Shown in pieces: positions 20,297-29,510 of a DNA stretch of 64,000 nt. The stretch is from IMG/VR virus record IMGVR_UViG_2595698755_000001, positions 1 through 64,000 of that record; one strand, written 5' to 3'. The notes beneath the pieces are model-generated. The model searched no databases and was not told the DNA's origin. It saw only the letters and a list, made by a program, of their open reading frames with translations. A program made the position numbers and the translations under genes. Position 1 is the first letter of the stretch, and each line of letters starts with the position of its first letter. This stretch comes from a virus (lineage: Duplodnaviria > Caudoviricetes).

Positions 20297-20503
20297 ATGG
20301 CTAAAATAAAGAAAAAATTGAATGGAACTTTTTCTGTAAATTTAAGTAAGTCAGAGTTAAATACGATTGCTTTATTGTTGGGAAATTCTTCTGATGCTTT
20401 TGTAAGAGAGAGAGCAGATGATTGGGAGATAGACAATTATTCTCAAAAGGAAGAATTAGATGACCTTTGGAGGGCATTTCAGCAACCTAGTGATATGATA
20501 TAA
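20297..20503 (+). CDS. Hypothetical protein
   Basis: AGGAGG SD after junction site. Confidence 0.6.
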   Translation: MAKIKKKLNGTFSVNLSKSELNTIALLLGNSSDAFVRERADDWEIDNYSQKEELDDLWRAFQQPSDMI

Positions 20504-20511
20504 TAGGAGGG

Positions 20512-20703
20512 ATGAACATGTATAGTATAGAATGGGATGATGGCTTTGGTGGTACAGCTTCTAGTAGGTGGACAGATGACAAAGTATTTATCACAGGATT
20601 ATGTGAGTATCTTCAAAAGGCAAATAAAACAGGAATTAAAATTGTACAAAAGATTGATGTAACAGGTGAATTTATAGGAGGAATGTATGATGAAACAATT
20701 TGA
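20512..20703 (+). CDS. Hypothetical protein
   Basis: ORF with SD. Confidence 0.55.
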   Translation: MNMYSIEWDDGFGGTASSRWTDDKVFITGLCEYLQKANKTGIKIVQKIDVTGEFIGGMYDETI

Positions 20704-20863
20704 AATCATTTTTACCGAAACTGTTAAGTCTAGAATTGTTGTGAGAGCGAATAGTTTAGAAGAAGCTGACCAAATGTTTGATGATGGTAAAGTTAACTTT
20801 AGTGAAGCAGAAGAATTAGACAGATGGGATGCAGGTATTGATGAGTCAAAAGAATTAAAATAA
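20690..20863 (+). CDS. DpnD/PcfM-like small protein
   Basis: Read by eye: MKQFEIIFTETVKSRIVVRANSLEEA. Confidence 0.5.
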   Translation: MKQFEIIFTETVKSRIVVRANSLEEADQMFDDGKVNFSEAEELDRWDAGIDESKELK

Positions 20864-20923
20864 ATTCGCTTGACAAAAGAAGCTATGTATGGTAAAATAT
20901 AATTAAGTTAAGGAGATGGTAAT

Positions 20924-21133
20924 ATGCGACCAAGTGGAAAATTTGTTTACTTATTGTCTACAATTGAAGGGGCTTTTATTGCAGAAGTTGTATCTGGTGT
21001 GAAGCTTCAAAAAGGTGACGAACTAAATTATAAAGGCAACAAATTGTTTGTAACAAGTATAAACGTAGTTGGTGGAGATGGTACTAATATTCTAAATGTA
21101 GTGAAAATTGGGTCTGCAATTATTATAGAATAG
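20924..21133 (+). CDS. Hypothetical protein
   Basis: SD plus class I promoter at 20866. Confidence 0.6.
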   Translation: MRPSGKFVYLLSTIEGAFIAEVVSGVKLQKGDELNYKGNKLFVTSINVVGGDGTNILNVVKIGSAIIIE

Positions 21134-21138
21134 GAGAG

Positions 21139-21324
21139 ATGTCTATGAAAAACTTAACAAAAAAGCAACAAGAATTAGCATTAGAATATGCGGTAGCATT
21201 CTTGGAGCAGGAGATTGAAGTCCATGAAACAAGAAGAAACACTACTCATGGTAAGGATAAAGAAGCAATCCAAGCTAGACTAGATGAAATGTATAAGGAA
21301 CTAAACTTGTTTACAAATGCATAA
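21139..21324 (+). CDS. Hypothetical protein
   Basis: ORF with SD. Confidence 0.55.
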   Translation: MSMKNLTKKQQELALEYAVAFLEQEIEVHETRRNTTHGKDKEAIQARLDEMYKELNLFTNA

Positions 21325-21549
21325 TATAATAGTATACTTAAACAAAGGAGGTGTCAATATGGGATATCTAATTGCACTTTTAATAGCTATTGCTTGGGGA
21401 TACGTTGTTGATTTAAGAAAAGGTCAAGTAGGTTGGTTTATTGGTAGAGTGGTGTTTATGCTTGCTTTCTATCACATTACAACATTGATTATGGGGTAAG
21501 TATTTATTCATGATATACAATACTATAAGAAAATAAAAGGAGAGATGTT

Positions 21550-21879
21550 ATGAGAAAATGGGAAGAAAAAGGATTTTCACCACCTGCTTCTGGTGGCTTG
21601 GTTGGATATTTGACAACAGAAAAAGGATTGTTTTATGTCTACTCAATTAATAAAGATATTGATGATATAGGTTTTGATTATTCAAAAACAGGTGATAAAT
21701 ACGACTTAGTTAAAAGCTATGAACTTGAAATCTATTATGATGAAGACTTTTTTGACAGAATGAAACCTCATGTCCAAGAGGTTCTAAAAGAGTTAGGAAT
21801 AGACAAACGTGCTTTCAAACTTTATGACGAATGGGAGAAAGAAATTGACAGAGTGCTTGGAAAGAGGATTTTTGAATAA
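21550..21879 (+). CDS. Hypothetical protein
   Basis: ORF; stop codon inside junction site 21876. Confidence 0.65.
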   Translation: MRKWEEKGFSPPASGGLVGYLTTEKGLFYVYSINKDIDDIGFDYSKTGDKYDLVKSYELEIYYDEDFFDRMKPHVQEVLKELGIDKRAFKLYDEWEKEIDRVLGKRIFE

Positions 21880-21907
21880 AATCTTAATTTTAACAAGGGG
21901 TGGTGTA

Positions 21908-22015
21908 ATGGAGTATTTAAAGTATTTGGAAAATGACTTACCAATATACATCCTAGTTGGTGTGTTGATTCTATTATATACAATAAGTTTAATTGGAGAT
22001 AAGTTTACACGATAA
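21908..22015 (+). CDS. Small membrane peptide, cassette-like
   Basis: MEYLKYLENDLPIYILVGVLILL...; between junction sites. Confidence 0.5.
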   Translation: MEYLKYLENDLPIYILVGVLILLYTISLIGDKFTR

Positions 22016-22045
22016 AATTTTACTTTTAACAAGGAGGATGATAAT

Positions 22046-22222
22046 ATGACAGTATTTGTATTGTATGTGTCTTATCCATATGAAGGTGGATATGTGCTTG
22101 GAGTGTATTCTACAAGAAAGAAAGCAGAAGAAGTAATGAATGATGAAGACTATGTACCTAACAAAGAATATGCAGAAATTAAAGAAATAACGCTTAATAA
22201 ATTTACAAGAATTGTAATTTAA
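22046..22222 (+). CDS. Small cassette-like gene (58 aa)
   Basis: Read by eye: MTVFVLYVSYPYEGGYVLGVYSTRKKAEE; between junction sites. Confidence 0.6.
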   Translation: MTVFVLYVSYPYEGGYVLGVYSTRKKAEEVMNDEDYVPNKEYAEIKEITLNKFTRIVI

Positions 22223-22253
22223 TAAAAACTCAATTTTATGAGGTGGTGATAAT

Positions 22254-22499
22254 ATGATATCTAAAACAGAAGTATTGAATAATAATGCAGTAGTAACATT
22301 CAGCTTATCAGAAAAAGAAATGGAAATCATGAAACATTTAAAAGAGCATGGTTGGATGGAATTTCGTAGAGGTGAGGGTAGTGAAATTGTAGATAGATTG
22401 TATGATTATGGTATTGTTACAAGTGATGATGATGCATGGCATTTCACAATCATACCAACAAAGGTTGGTAAGCAAATCATAAAAGCAATGGATGTATAA
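22254..22499 (+). CDS. Small cassette-like gene, possible winged helix
   Basis: ORF between junction sites. Confidence 0.6.
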   Translation: MISKTEVLNNNAVVTFSLSEKEMEIMKHLKEHGWMEFRRGEGSEIVDRLYDYGIVTSDDDAWHFTIIPTKVGKQIIKAMDV

Positions 22500-22968
22500 A
22501 AACTGAATTTTATGAGGTGGTGATACAATGCTAGGATTAATTATATTAGGTTCTTTTATTCTTGCAGGATTAGCATTCTATGGTGGATTTAAATTGGCAG
22601 AATACATGGATAAATAAAGAGAGGATGATTATATGAAGGTACGCAAGAAATCTGGAAAACCTTTTAAATCTAAAAATAAAATCAATACAGTTAAAGAGAT
22701 TATTCAGCATCCAATACATAAAAATGAAAAAGCATATACATTCTATGAGGATGATTCATATGTAAGTGTTTTAATGTGTGAAGAGGTGATTATATGAAGA
22801 GATTGCAAGGTGCTAAATACCACTCTATGAAAGACAAATTAATTCCTATCGCATACAGTGTAACCAAGGCAGGTAATATTTGTATGTATTATAAGGGAGG
22901 ATTTAGCCACTACTTAAATGATGAGGAAAAATTAGCATTTAAACCAAATGGATTAAAGGAGCGATAAT

Positions 22969-23184
22969 ATGGGAGCATTAGAAATTACTATGACAATTAA
23001 ATGTGGAGAGTGTATCACACATTCCAATTACTCTCTTAAACGTGATGAACTGGATGATATTCTTTTATTAGCTGATACTATTAACAATCATCATATGGGA
23101 CGTTTTGAAGCACGACAAACACATCCAGATGCGATTTATATTACATGTACAGAATGTGGTCATGAAGATGAATTAAGTTTATAA
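22969..23184 (+). CDS. Small zinc-binding protein
   Basis: CGEC ... CTECG. Confidence 0.55.
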   Translation: MGALEITMTIKCGECITHSNYSLKRDELDDILLLADTINNHHMGRFEARQTHPDAIYITCTECGHEDELSL

Positions 23185-23238
23185 ATCGCTTGACAGGAGA
23201 AGCACAATATAGTATACTATTATTAAGGAGATGGTTAT

Positions 23239-23568
23239 ATGAATGAAGCATTACTAGGTTTGACATCCATATTCTTACTCTGTATGTTTTCTATAGCTTT
23301 AGGTGGATTCAGTCGCAAACAGCAAGAGAAGAAAGAAGTTCATGACAAGGAGCGATTGAAGCAGATAAGAGTAGAAACAAATCAATACTTGAAAGAACAA
23401 GGTTATAAGCCTAAGATTAAGATTCAAGTAAAAGAAAGTAGTCATGATAGTTTCAGTACAAAGTCAAGTAAACCTACAAGTAGACCAAAACAAAAGAGTA
23501 ATAGCAGTAGCAATGATGAGCATCATCGTAGGATGGAAATAATTAGAAATTCAAATTTAGGAGAGTGA
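23239..23568 (+). CDS. Membrane-anchored hypothetical protein
   Basis: N-terminal hydrophobic helix; class I promoter at 23186. Confidence 0.6.
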   Translation: MNEALLGLTSIFLLCMFSIALGGFSRKQQEKKEVHDKERLKQIRVETNQYLKEQGYKPKIKIQVKESSHDSFSTKSSKPTSRPKQKSNSSSNDEHHRRMEIIRNSNLGE

Positions 23569-23572
23569 TTCA

Positions 23573-24004
23573 ATGAAATTAGATTATGGGTCTGGAAGAC
23601 AACCAAAACAAGGATTTAAAACGTCAGATTTTACAGGTGCTCCAAATTACGACTTCATGATTAAGAACTATGAAGTCATAGGGGCTAAAAGCGGTCAATT
23701 TGAAGCGATACACGTTCGTAATGTTCTGCATCACATTCCAGAGAAAGACCTTCCTACACTCTTTCTAGAGTTCTCTAGATTGCTAGCAGATGGTGGTACA
23801 CTAATTATCTCTGAACCTCGTGAAGAATTTCATGAGCAAAACAAGAAATTGGATTGGATTTGGTATAGATTCCTAGTTAACGATACTAAAATCATGATTC
23901 CAGATGAATATGTGGATTACAAGAAGTATTTAGTTGATTTTGAAATGGTTGAAAGTTTTGATGAATACAATAATGAAGTAATTACATACAAAAAAGTTTC
24001 TTAA
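23573..24004 (+). CDS. Class I SAM-dependent methyltransferase
   Basis: KLDYGSG motif I; NVLHHI; RLLADGGTLIISEP. Confidence 0.8.
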   Translation: MKLDYGSGRQPKQGFKTSDFTGAPNYDFMIKNYEVIGAKSGQFEAIHVRNVLHHIPEKDLPTLFLEFSRLLADGGTLIISEPREEFHEQNKKLDWIWYRFLVNDTKIMIPDEYVDYKKYLVDFEMVESFDEYNNEVITYKKVS

Positions 24005-24072
24005 TATGAATAAATCGCTTGACAAGAGAATAAGATAGGTGTATAATAAGAGTATGAACAGGAGATGATGTT

Positions 24073-24501
24073 GTGTTTAGAAACCTTATAGGTAAGACGG
24101 TTTTAGTTATTCACGATAATGATGATAACTCTTGGATGGATTCAATAGTTACAGTCAAAGAGGTAAAAACAGTTGGACACAAAGAATTTTGGGGAAGGAT
24201 ACAACCAGTTAAAAGACCTGTTGTAGAATACGCAAATGGGAGTAGGATGTTGTTAGTCAATTTCCAAGACATCTTTGAGGTAGAAGAACTTCAAGCAGAC
24301 CTTCTGGGTAGAGGTGATGAAGTATTTCGGTTTATCGAATTTGAGAAAGTAAAAATACCATACGCTTTACATGATACATATGAATTTCTATATGTGATTC
24401 AAAATATAAAGACTAATGAAATAATAAAATTACAACCAGAGAATGCTATGCATCAATTATGCCCGACATTCAGAGATTTCTTTAAAATGAAAAGAGACTA
24501 A
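24073..24501 (+). CDS. Hypothetical protein
   Basis: GTG start, SD, class I promoter at 24015. Confidence 0.65.
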   Translation: MFRNLIGKTVLVIHDNDDNSWMDSIVTVKEVKTVGHKEFWGRIQPVKRPVVEYANGSRMLLVNFQDIFEVEELQADLLGRGDEVFRFIEFEKVKIPYALHDTYEFLYVIQNIKTNEIIKLQPENAMHQLCPTFRDFFKMKRD

Positions 24502-24514
24502 AGGAGATGGTTAT

Positions 24515-24937
24515 ATGACAAAAATGACAGTATCGCAAGTATGGAACAAGGTAAATGAACTTCAAAAAGGTATGGATACAATGGCTAAAGCATTGGCATT
24601 AGGAATGACTGGAGAGACTGCACAACCTGTACTTGACGCTCTTTTACGTGACTATAAACGATTTAGCAATGAATATTATGAATTTATGAAGCAGGAAGTA
24701 GAAATCGTTGAAGAAAAAGAAGATGATGTGTTCGTATTACAACTTAAATACGATGGGTCATTTTGTAGAAATGTAGCTATTAGCACTCAAGATGGAGAAA
24801 TAATCATTCAGACAACTAACAACATGAAATGGGCAAAGAAATATACTAAGGATGATACACAAAGTATGGTGTGGGACATTGAACGTATGGCAGAGGAAGG
24901 TTATGATGTCAGAAAAATGAAGTGGGTGGAAGAATGA
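24515..24937 (+). CDS. Hypothetical protein
   Basis: AAGGAG SD. Confidence 0.7.
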   Translation: MTKMTVSQVWNKVNELQKGMDTMAKALALGMTGETAQPVLDALLRDYKRFSNEYYEFMKQEVEIVEEKEDDVFVLQLKYDGSFCRNVAISTQDGEIIIQTTNNMKWAKKYTKDDTQSMVWDIERMAEEGYDVRKMKWVEE

Positions 24938-25143
24938 ACCAAAACGTTATGATACAGGAAGCACTCGAAGTATTAAAACGTGGATACTTGCTTGATGGTG
25001 ATGAAGTGACTGTCAGAGTTAATGGTGGTAGAGTGAAACTAAAAGCCTATGGTGAAGCCTTGACAGTAAATGTTTATATGAATGTAAACAAGAAAATATC
25101 GCTCATGAAAAATGACATCGTTAATGATGACCTTGGACTATAA
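24934..25143 (+). CDS. Hypothetical protein
   Basis: ATGA overlap with upstream gene. Confidence 0.55.
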   Translation: MNQNVMIQEALEVLKRGYLLDGDEVTVRVNGGRVKLKAYGEALTVNVYMNVNKKISLMKNDIVNDDLGL

Positions 25144-25162
25144 AATATAGGGAGTGTTGTTT

Positions 25163-25384
25163 ATGAATTATAAAGATAAATTTGTTGGTATTACAATCTA
25201 TGGATTCTGTAATGGTTACTTTGGAAGAGATTCATATGATGATAAAACAATTATTGCCAGTGGTGATAATTGGATTGTCGGCAAAACGCAGTATGGATAT
25301 GTAGAGTTTGCATCATTTGATGATGGGGAGACTATGGAAGAGTTAATTGGAGAATGGAGTGTAGAACCAGATGAGGATTTCTAG
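25163..25384 (+). CDS. Hypothetical protein
   Basis: GGAG SD; GFCNGYFGRDSY motif. Confidence 0.6.
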   Translation: MNYKDKFVGITIYGFCNGYFGRDSYDDKTIIASGDNWIVGKTQYGYVEFASFDDGETMEELIGEWSVEPDEDF

Positions 25385-25545
25385 GTGGTAGTTTTATCGA
25401 ACTAACAACAAAGAGATTTTAAAAGGAATTTAAAGATTATATATAATATATATAGTAATTAATTCGAATAAACTACCTTCTAAAAAATGTATCAAACAGG
25501 CTTGACACAAATAAAAAATAATGATATACTAGGGAGCGTGGAGTA

Positions 25546-25731
25546 ATGAGAGAGAGAATTACAGATGAACTTATTGAACACTTTGCAAGAGGGTATCACA
25601 TTTATAAAAGTGCTATGAAGCAAGCTAACAGTACACCGTCCACATTTGAACAATATGTTGAGTTTTGCTTAGTACAAAGAAAAGAATTAACCAGAAAGGC
25701 GTTGAAGCACATTGAAGCAAAAAAAGCGTAA
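25546..25731 (+). CDS. Hypothetical protein
   Basis: SD plus class II promoter at 25502. Confidence 0.55.
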   Translation: MRERITDELIEHFARGYHIYKSAMKQANSTPSTFEQYVEFCLVQRKELTRKALKHIEAKKA

Positions 25732-25882
25732 TAAAAAGAAGCGTATTGGGGTTATGACCCAGAACAGAGGAACATCTGTACCACCAACACGTGCTGATGA
25801 GAACAAAAAGAAAAAGAATGACCGTAGGAAGCAGAGACAAAAACAAAAAGCCAAAATTAAACGAGGTGATTATGATGTTTAG
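25712..25882 (+). CDS. Very basic small protein (56 aa)
   Basis: Read by eye, TTG start: KQKKRNKKKRIGVMTQNRGTSVPPTRADENKKKKNDRRKQRQKQKAKIKRGDYDV. Confidence 0.45.
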   Translation: MKQKKRNKKKRIGVMTQNRGTSVPPTRADENKKKKNDRRKQRQKQKAKIKRGDYDV

Positions 25883-25988
25883 ACGTAAAAAGAAAAGAAG
25901 TAAATCATCTTCTGGTGGATTCTTCAAGTTTCTTATGGACTTACTAGAAAATTTCTTTGACTAATACAAACATAAAGGGGTCGATTCT

Positions 25989-26675
25989 ATGAAAACATTA
26001 TTAAAAGGTTGGTCTGCATTTGAAGTGATTTGGATTACATTATTCACTGCATTAGCGGTATACATGTACTTCGCATTCGATGATACAGCAGTTGGTCTTA
26101 CAGCTTCTCTGACAGGTATGTGGTGCGTTATTCTTGTAGCCAAGGGTAAAATATCAAACTACTTCTTTGGAGCGATTAATACAGCACTGTACGCTTACAT
26201 ATCATATAAATCACAATTGTATGGTGAATTTATGTTGAATGCATTCTTGTACTTCCCGATTCAGTTTATTGGCTTCTATATCTGGAACAAAAATAAAACA
26301 TTAACAGGTAATGACACAGTAGTAAAAGCAAGAAAATTAAGTAAAAAAGGTTGGGCTTATGTTGTAGCAACAGTCGCAATTGTTGGAGTGTTATATGCAG
26401 GTTTCTTACATATGATTGGCAGTCAACAAGCAGGTGTTGATGGATTTGCAGTAGTATTAAGTATCACAGCACAATTATTAATGCTAAAACGATTCGCTGA
26501 ACAATGGTTACTATGGATTTGTGTTAACGTTTTAACTATCATTCTATGGTTTAATGTTTTCATGACAGACGGAAACAATATTACAATGTTAGTAATGTGG
26601 ATTGCGTACTTATGTAACAGTGTTTATGGATACATTAAGTGGTCAAGAAATGCTAAACAAAGTGAGGTGGCTTAA
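25989..26675 (+). CDS. pnuC: Nicotinamide riboside transporter PnuC
   Basis: Multi-TM; AKGKISNYFFG, LYGE, GFYIW, SITAQLLM, EQWLLW, YGYIKW. Confidence 0.9.
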   Translation: MKTLLKGWSAFEVIWITLFTALAVYMYFAFDDTAVGLTASLTGMWCVILVAKGKISNYFFGAINTALYAYISYKSQLYGEFMLNAFLYFPIQFIGFYIWNKNKTLTGNDTVVKARKLSKKGWAYVVATVAIVGVLYAGFLHMIGSQQAGVDGFAVVLSITAQLLMLKRFAEQWLLWICVNVLTIILWFNVFMTDGNNITMLVMWIAYLCNSVYGYIKWSRNAKQSEVA

Positions 26676-26827
26676 TATGTTTAAGCGTAAACATAATATA
26701 AAAATGAGCACTTTTGAAATAATCCTAATGTGGATAGCAGGATTCACATTAGGAAGTATTATTGGTACTTTTATAATGAATCTAGCAATTAAATTTTTAG
26801 GACTTTAAATAGAAAGAGATGATGTTT

Positions 26828-27856
26828 ATGAATAAGACAGTAGGATTTTTAGGCGGAAAATTTTATCCTATACATATGGGTCATGTTTATGCAATGACAA
26901 TTGCTTCAACAATAGTTGATGAATTACATATTATCGTATCGTATGATGAAAATTATGAGGTTAATGTCCTTAGTAAAGATAGTAAACTACCACATGTAAA
27001 TTATACTCAACGATTGCGATGGTGGACTGAAATTACAAAGGATATGCCACACGTACATGTCCATGCAGTATATGAAGAAAACACTGGTAAACTAGAGAGT
27101 TGGCAAGAAGGAGCAAAGGGAATCCGAAAAGCTATTGGCAAACCTATTACTCATGTATTCTCTTCTGAACATGCTTATACAGACTTCTTTAACGTCTTGT
27201 ATCCAGAAGCAGAACATGTTGTGATTGATGCTAATCGTGATACATATCCAGTATCAGCAACGAAATTACGTACAGAAGGAGTTTATTCAAACTGGGAGTT
27301 ATTACCAGAAGTTGTAAGGCGACACTATGTTAAAAAAGTTGTTGTTATTGGAACTGAATCATGTGGTAAATCTACGCTTGTAAAAAATCTAGCAACCTTG
27401 TACAATACTAATTATGTTGAAGAATATGGTCGGACATTCTATGAAGAATTAGGTGGATGTGAAGGTGTAACATTAACAGAAGATTATCCATTGATTGCAT
27501 ATAAACATAAAATCATGGAGCATGAGGGTCTTAAAGGTGCTAATAAGCTGTTGTTTATTGATACCGAAGCCATTGTGACTCAATACTATTTAAAAGCGTA
27601 TCTGGGGCAACGTGATGGATTATTGACACGTATCGCAAATAATCAGAACTATGACTTATGGATTTTCTTAGAGCCAGATGTGAAATGGGTAGATGATGGT
27701 ACTAGAACATTTGGTGAACAGTCTGTACGTGAACAAAACAATCAAGATTTGAAGTATATGTTAAAGTATATGGGTGTACAATACATAACGATTAAAGGCA
27801 ATTATAATGAAAGATTGAATGAAGCAATAAAAAATATTAAAAATCTGTTGACATAA
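26828..27856 (+). CDS. nadR: NadR-type NMN adenylyltransferase / ribosylnicotinamide kinase (no HTH)
   Basis: GKFYPIHMGH (HxGH), SATKLR, Walker A GTESCGKST, EYGR, WVDDGTR. Confidence 0.92.
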   Translation: MNKTVGFLGGKFYPIHMGHVYAMTIASTIVDELHIIVSYDENYEVNVLSKDSKLPHVNYTQRLRWWTEITKDMPHVHVHAVYEENTGKLESWQEGAKGIRKAIGKPITHVFSSEHAYTDFFNVLYPEAEHVVIDANRDTYPVSATKLRTEGVYSNWELLPEVVRRHYVKKVVVIGTESCGKSTLVKNLATLYNTNYVEEYGRTFYEELGGCEGVTLTEDYPLIAYKHKIMEHEGLKGANKLLFIDTEAIVTQYYLKAYLGQRDGLLTRIANNQNYDLWIFLEPDVKWVDDGTRTFGEQSVREQNNQDLKYMLKYMGVQYITIKGNYNERLNEAIKNIKNLLT

Positions 27857-27998
27857 AGTAAAGATAATGGTATATTATATGTAAGGGGCATAAGTTAACA
27901 TAAATGAGAGGGTCAGCAAGCCCTCTCTAATTACAAAAAAAATAATCTCTTGACAAGCGAAATGTTCTGTAGTATAATAAGAGTATAACAAAGAGAGG

Positions 27999-28316
27999 AT
28001 GATGTTCATGAGAGATTTACAATCAGTTAAAGGTAAGCGTGATTTTCTAAGAAATGTTTTTGCAAAGGCTACAGCGAGGAAAGAAGAAGTATTAGATGGT
28101 CGTAACTTCCGAGACTTAGATGAATATGAAAAAAGTTTAATCATGGAAATCAATAAAGCAATCGACAAGTTGATGCCACAAATTGAAGCATTAACATTTG
28201 TTTTAAATGAAGATTCTGAAATATGTCCTGTTTTATTAAGAGTTGGAAGAGGTCTTAGTGCAGGAGAGGTAATGGGAAGTACAGATTGGTATGCTGATGA
28301 ATCAAAATATAACTGA
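27999..28316 (+). CDS. Hypothetical protein
   Basis: SD plus class I promoter at 27946. Confidence 0.65.
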   Translation: MMFMRDLQSVKGKRDFLRNVFAKATARKEEVLDGRNFRDLDEYEKSLIMEINKAIDKLMPQIEALTFVLNEDSEICPVLLRVGRGLSAGEVMGSTDWYADESKYN

Positions 28317-28332
28317 AAAGGATGATGTACAT

Positions 28333-28689
28333 ATGAAATTACAAGACGGTGCGAAATACATTCACAATGTAGAAGGAACAGAGTTTATTTTAAGAGAAGA
28401 TTATGATGGTCGTTGGTACGTGAGAAACTGGACTGATGAAGGATTGACTAAATCACTATCAGTAACAACTACCGAAATGATTGACATTCTAAAGAAACAT
28501 TATGTGAAAGCTAATGATTTCACTGATGCAGAAAAGTTGACAAAATATGATGAAATTCATAGTTGGTATTTATGGCTTAAACGCAGAACACATGATGGCA
28601 AAGTTGATAAGTGTCATGTTGAAACATTCCTAAAAGGTCTTAAAAAAGAAATTGAAGGGATTGATGCGAATGATGAAACGAAAGCTTAG
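28333..28689 (+). CDS. Hypothetical protein
   Basis: AAGGA SD, start MKLQD. Confidence 0.6.
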   Translation: MKLQDGAKYIHNVEGTEFILREDYDGRWYVRNWTDEGLTKSLSVTTTEMIDILKKHYVKANDFTDAEKLTKYDEIHSWYLWLKRRTHDGKVDKCHVETFLKGLKKEIEGIDANDETKA

Positions 28690-28903
28690 AGGTACATATA
28701 TTCGTGCCACAAAAGATGACATTGAAGAAATCATACACTATCAAATAATCTGGGATGTGTACAATAGTTGTTATCGTATCTTGTGTTTAGATTCATGCAA
28801 TATTATGGCACGAAAAAATGGATTCAAAAATGAAGCAGAAATCAGAGCATACTTTGCAAGAGCAAGAATTGAAATAATTTCTTGGGTTGAAAATAACTTA
28901 TAG
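28652..28903 (+). CDS. Hypothetical protein
   Basis: ORF in operon; start uncertain. Confidence 0.55.
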   Translation: MKGLMRMMKRKLRGTYIRATKDDIEEIIHYQIIWDVYNSCYRILCLDSCNIMARKNGFKNEAEIRAYFARARIEIISWVENNL

Positions 28904-28905
28904 GA

Positions 28906-29337
28906 GTGATGTTGATGAAACAGTTTAAAATCATTGACCGAGATGATAAAATTTTAGCAAAAGGTATCACACTTAAATCAAATATTACGTTATTAGAATG
29001 GTCTAGTGCAATTAAAACATTATCATTCTATGACAATATTGAACAAGTGCAAGAATTTGTATGTAATAGTGCTAAAAGTGTACGACTAGTAGAAATGAAA
29101 GCAAATAGTAAAGAAAGATTACGTGAATATTACCTACAACGCAATGAAGATTTCAGTGGTGTTAGTGGAACTGGGATTGTAGCAGAGGGTGTTATCATGC
29201 CAAGTGGTAAATGTATTCATGAGTGGTCACAATCATATGTAACCTCTCACAATATCTATCCAAATATCCAGTCTGTACAGCACATTCATGGTCATGAAGG
29301 TAGAACAATAGTTAAATTCTATGATGAGAAGGAGTGA
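28906..29337 (+). CDS. Conserved phage protein with internal duplication
   Basis: ILAKGI..LEWS and DFSGVSGTGIVAEGV..HEWS...HGHEGRT. Confidence 0.7.
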   Translation: MMLMKQFKIIDRDDKILAKGITLKSNITLLEWSSAIKTLSFYDNIEQVQEFVCNSAKSVRLVEMKANSKERLREYYLQRNEDFSGVSGTGIVAEGVIMPSGKCIHEWSQSYVTSHNIYPNIQSVQHIHGHEGRTIVKFYDEKE

Positions 29338-29510
29338 TAGTATGGCAAAAGGAAAACTTTATAAAGTAGAAGCCTTTGAGCACGAAGACCTTGTTGAAGT
29401 TGAAAAATCTCTCAATAAAAATATAGATGATTGGAAAGCATGGGATACGGAAGTCAAGTTGAGTACAAATCCAATAACTGGTAAATATTACTATGTTATG
29501 AAAATATATA

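Larger units (their letters stand above)
21876..22513. repeat. Four consecutive junction sites delimiting three single-gene units
   Basis: 21876-21893, 22012-22029, 22222-22239, 22496-22513. Confidence 0.8.
5967..27978. promoter_or_regulatory. Class I promoter family (14 copies) with palindromic TC(G/T)CTTG-N-CA(A/G)(G/A)(A/C)GA around the -35 box
   Basis: Starts 5967(-), 7192, 9306, 11319, 11831, 12498, 14346, 16246, 18626, 19077, 20866, 23186, 24015, 27946; each has a -10 box at 17-18 bp. Confidence 0.8.

Noticed and set aside
21310-21338. sigmaE-like CATAATAT box
   Set aside because: Better explained by an overlapping sigmaA promoter TTTACA-17-TATACT.
17667-22513. Junction repeats as a CRISPR array
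   Set aside because: Repeats are short with variable centres, and the intervals are whole genes of unequal length; no cas genes.
24934-25143. Tad2-like start (EALEVLKRG)
   Set aside because: Similarity does not extend to the R..W..K or DW motifs.
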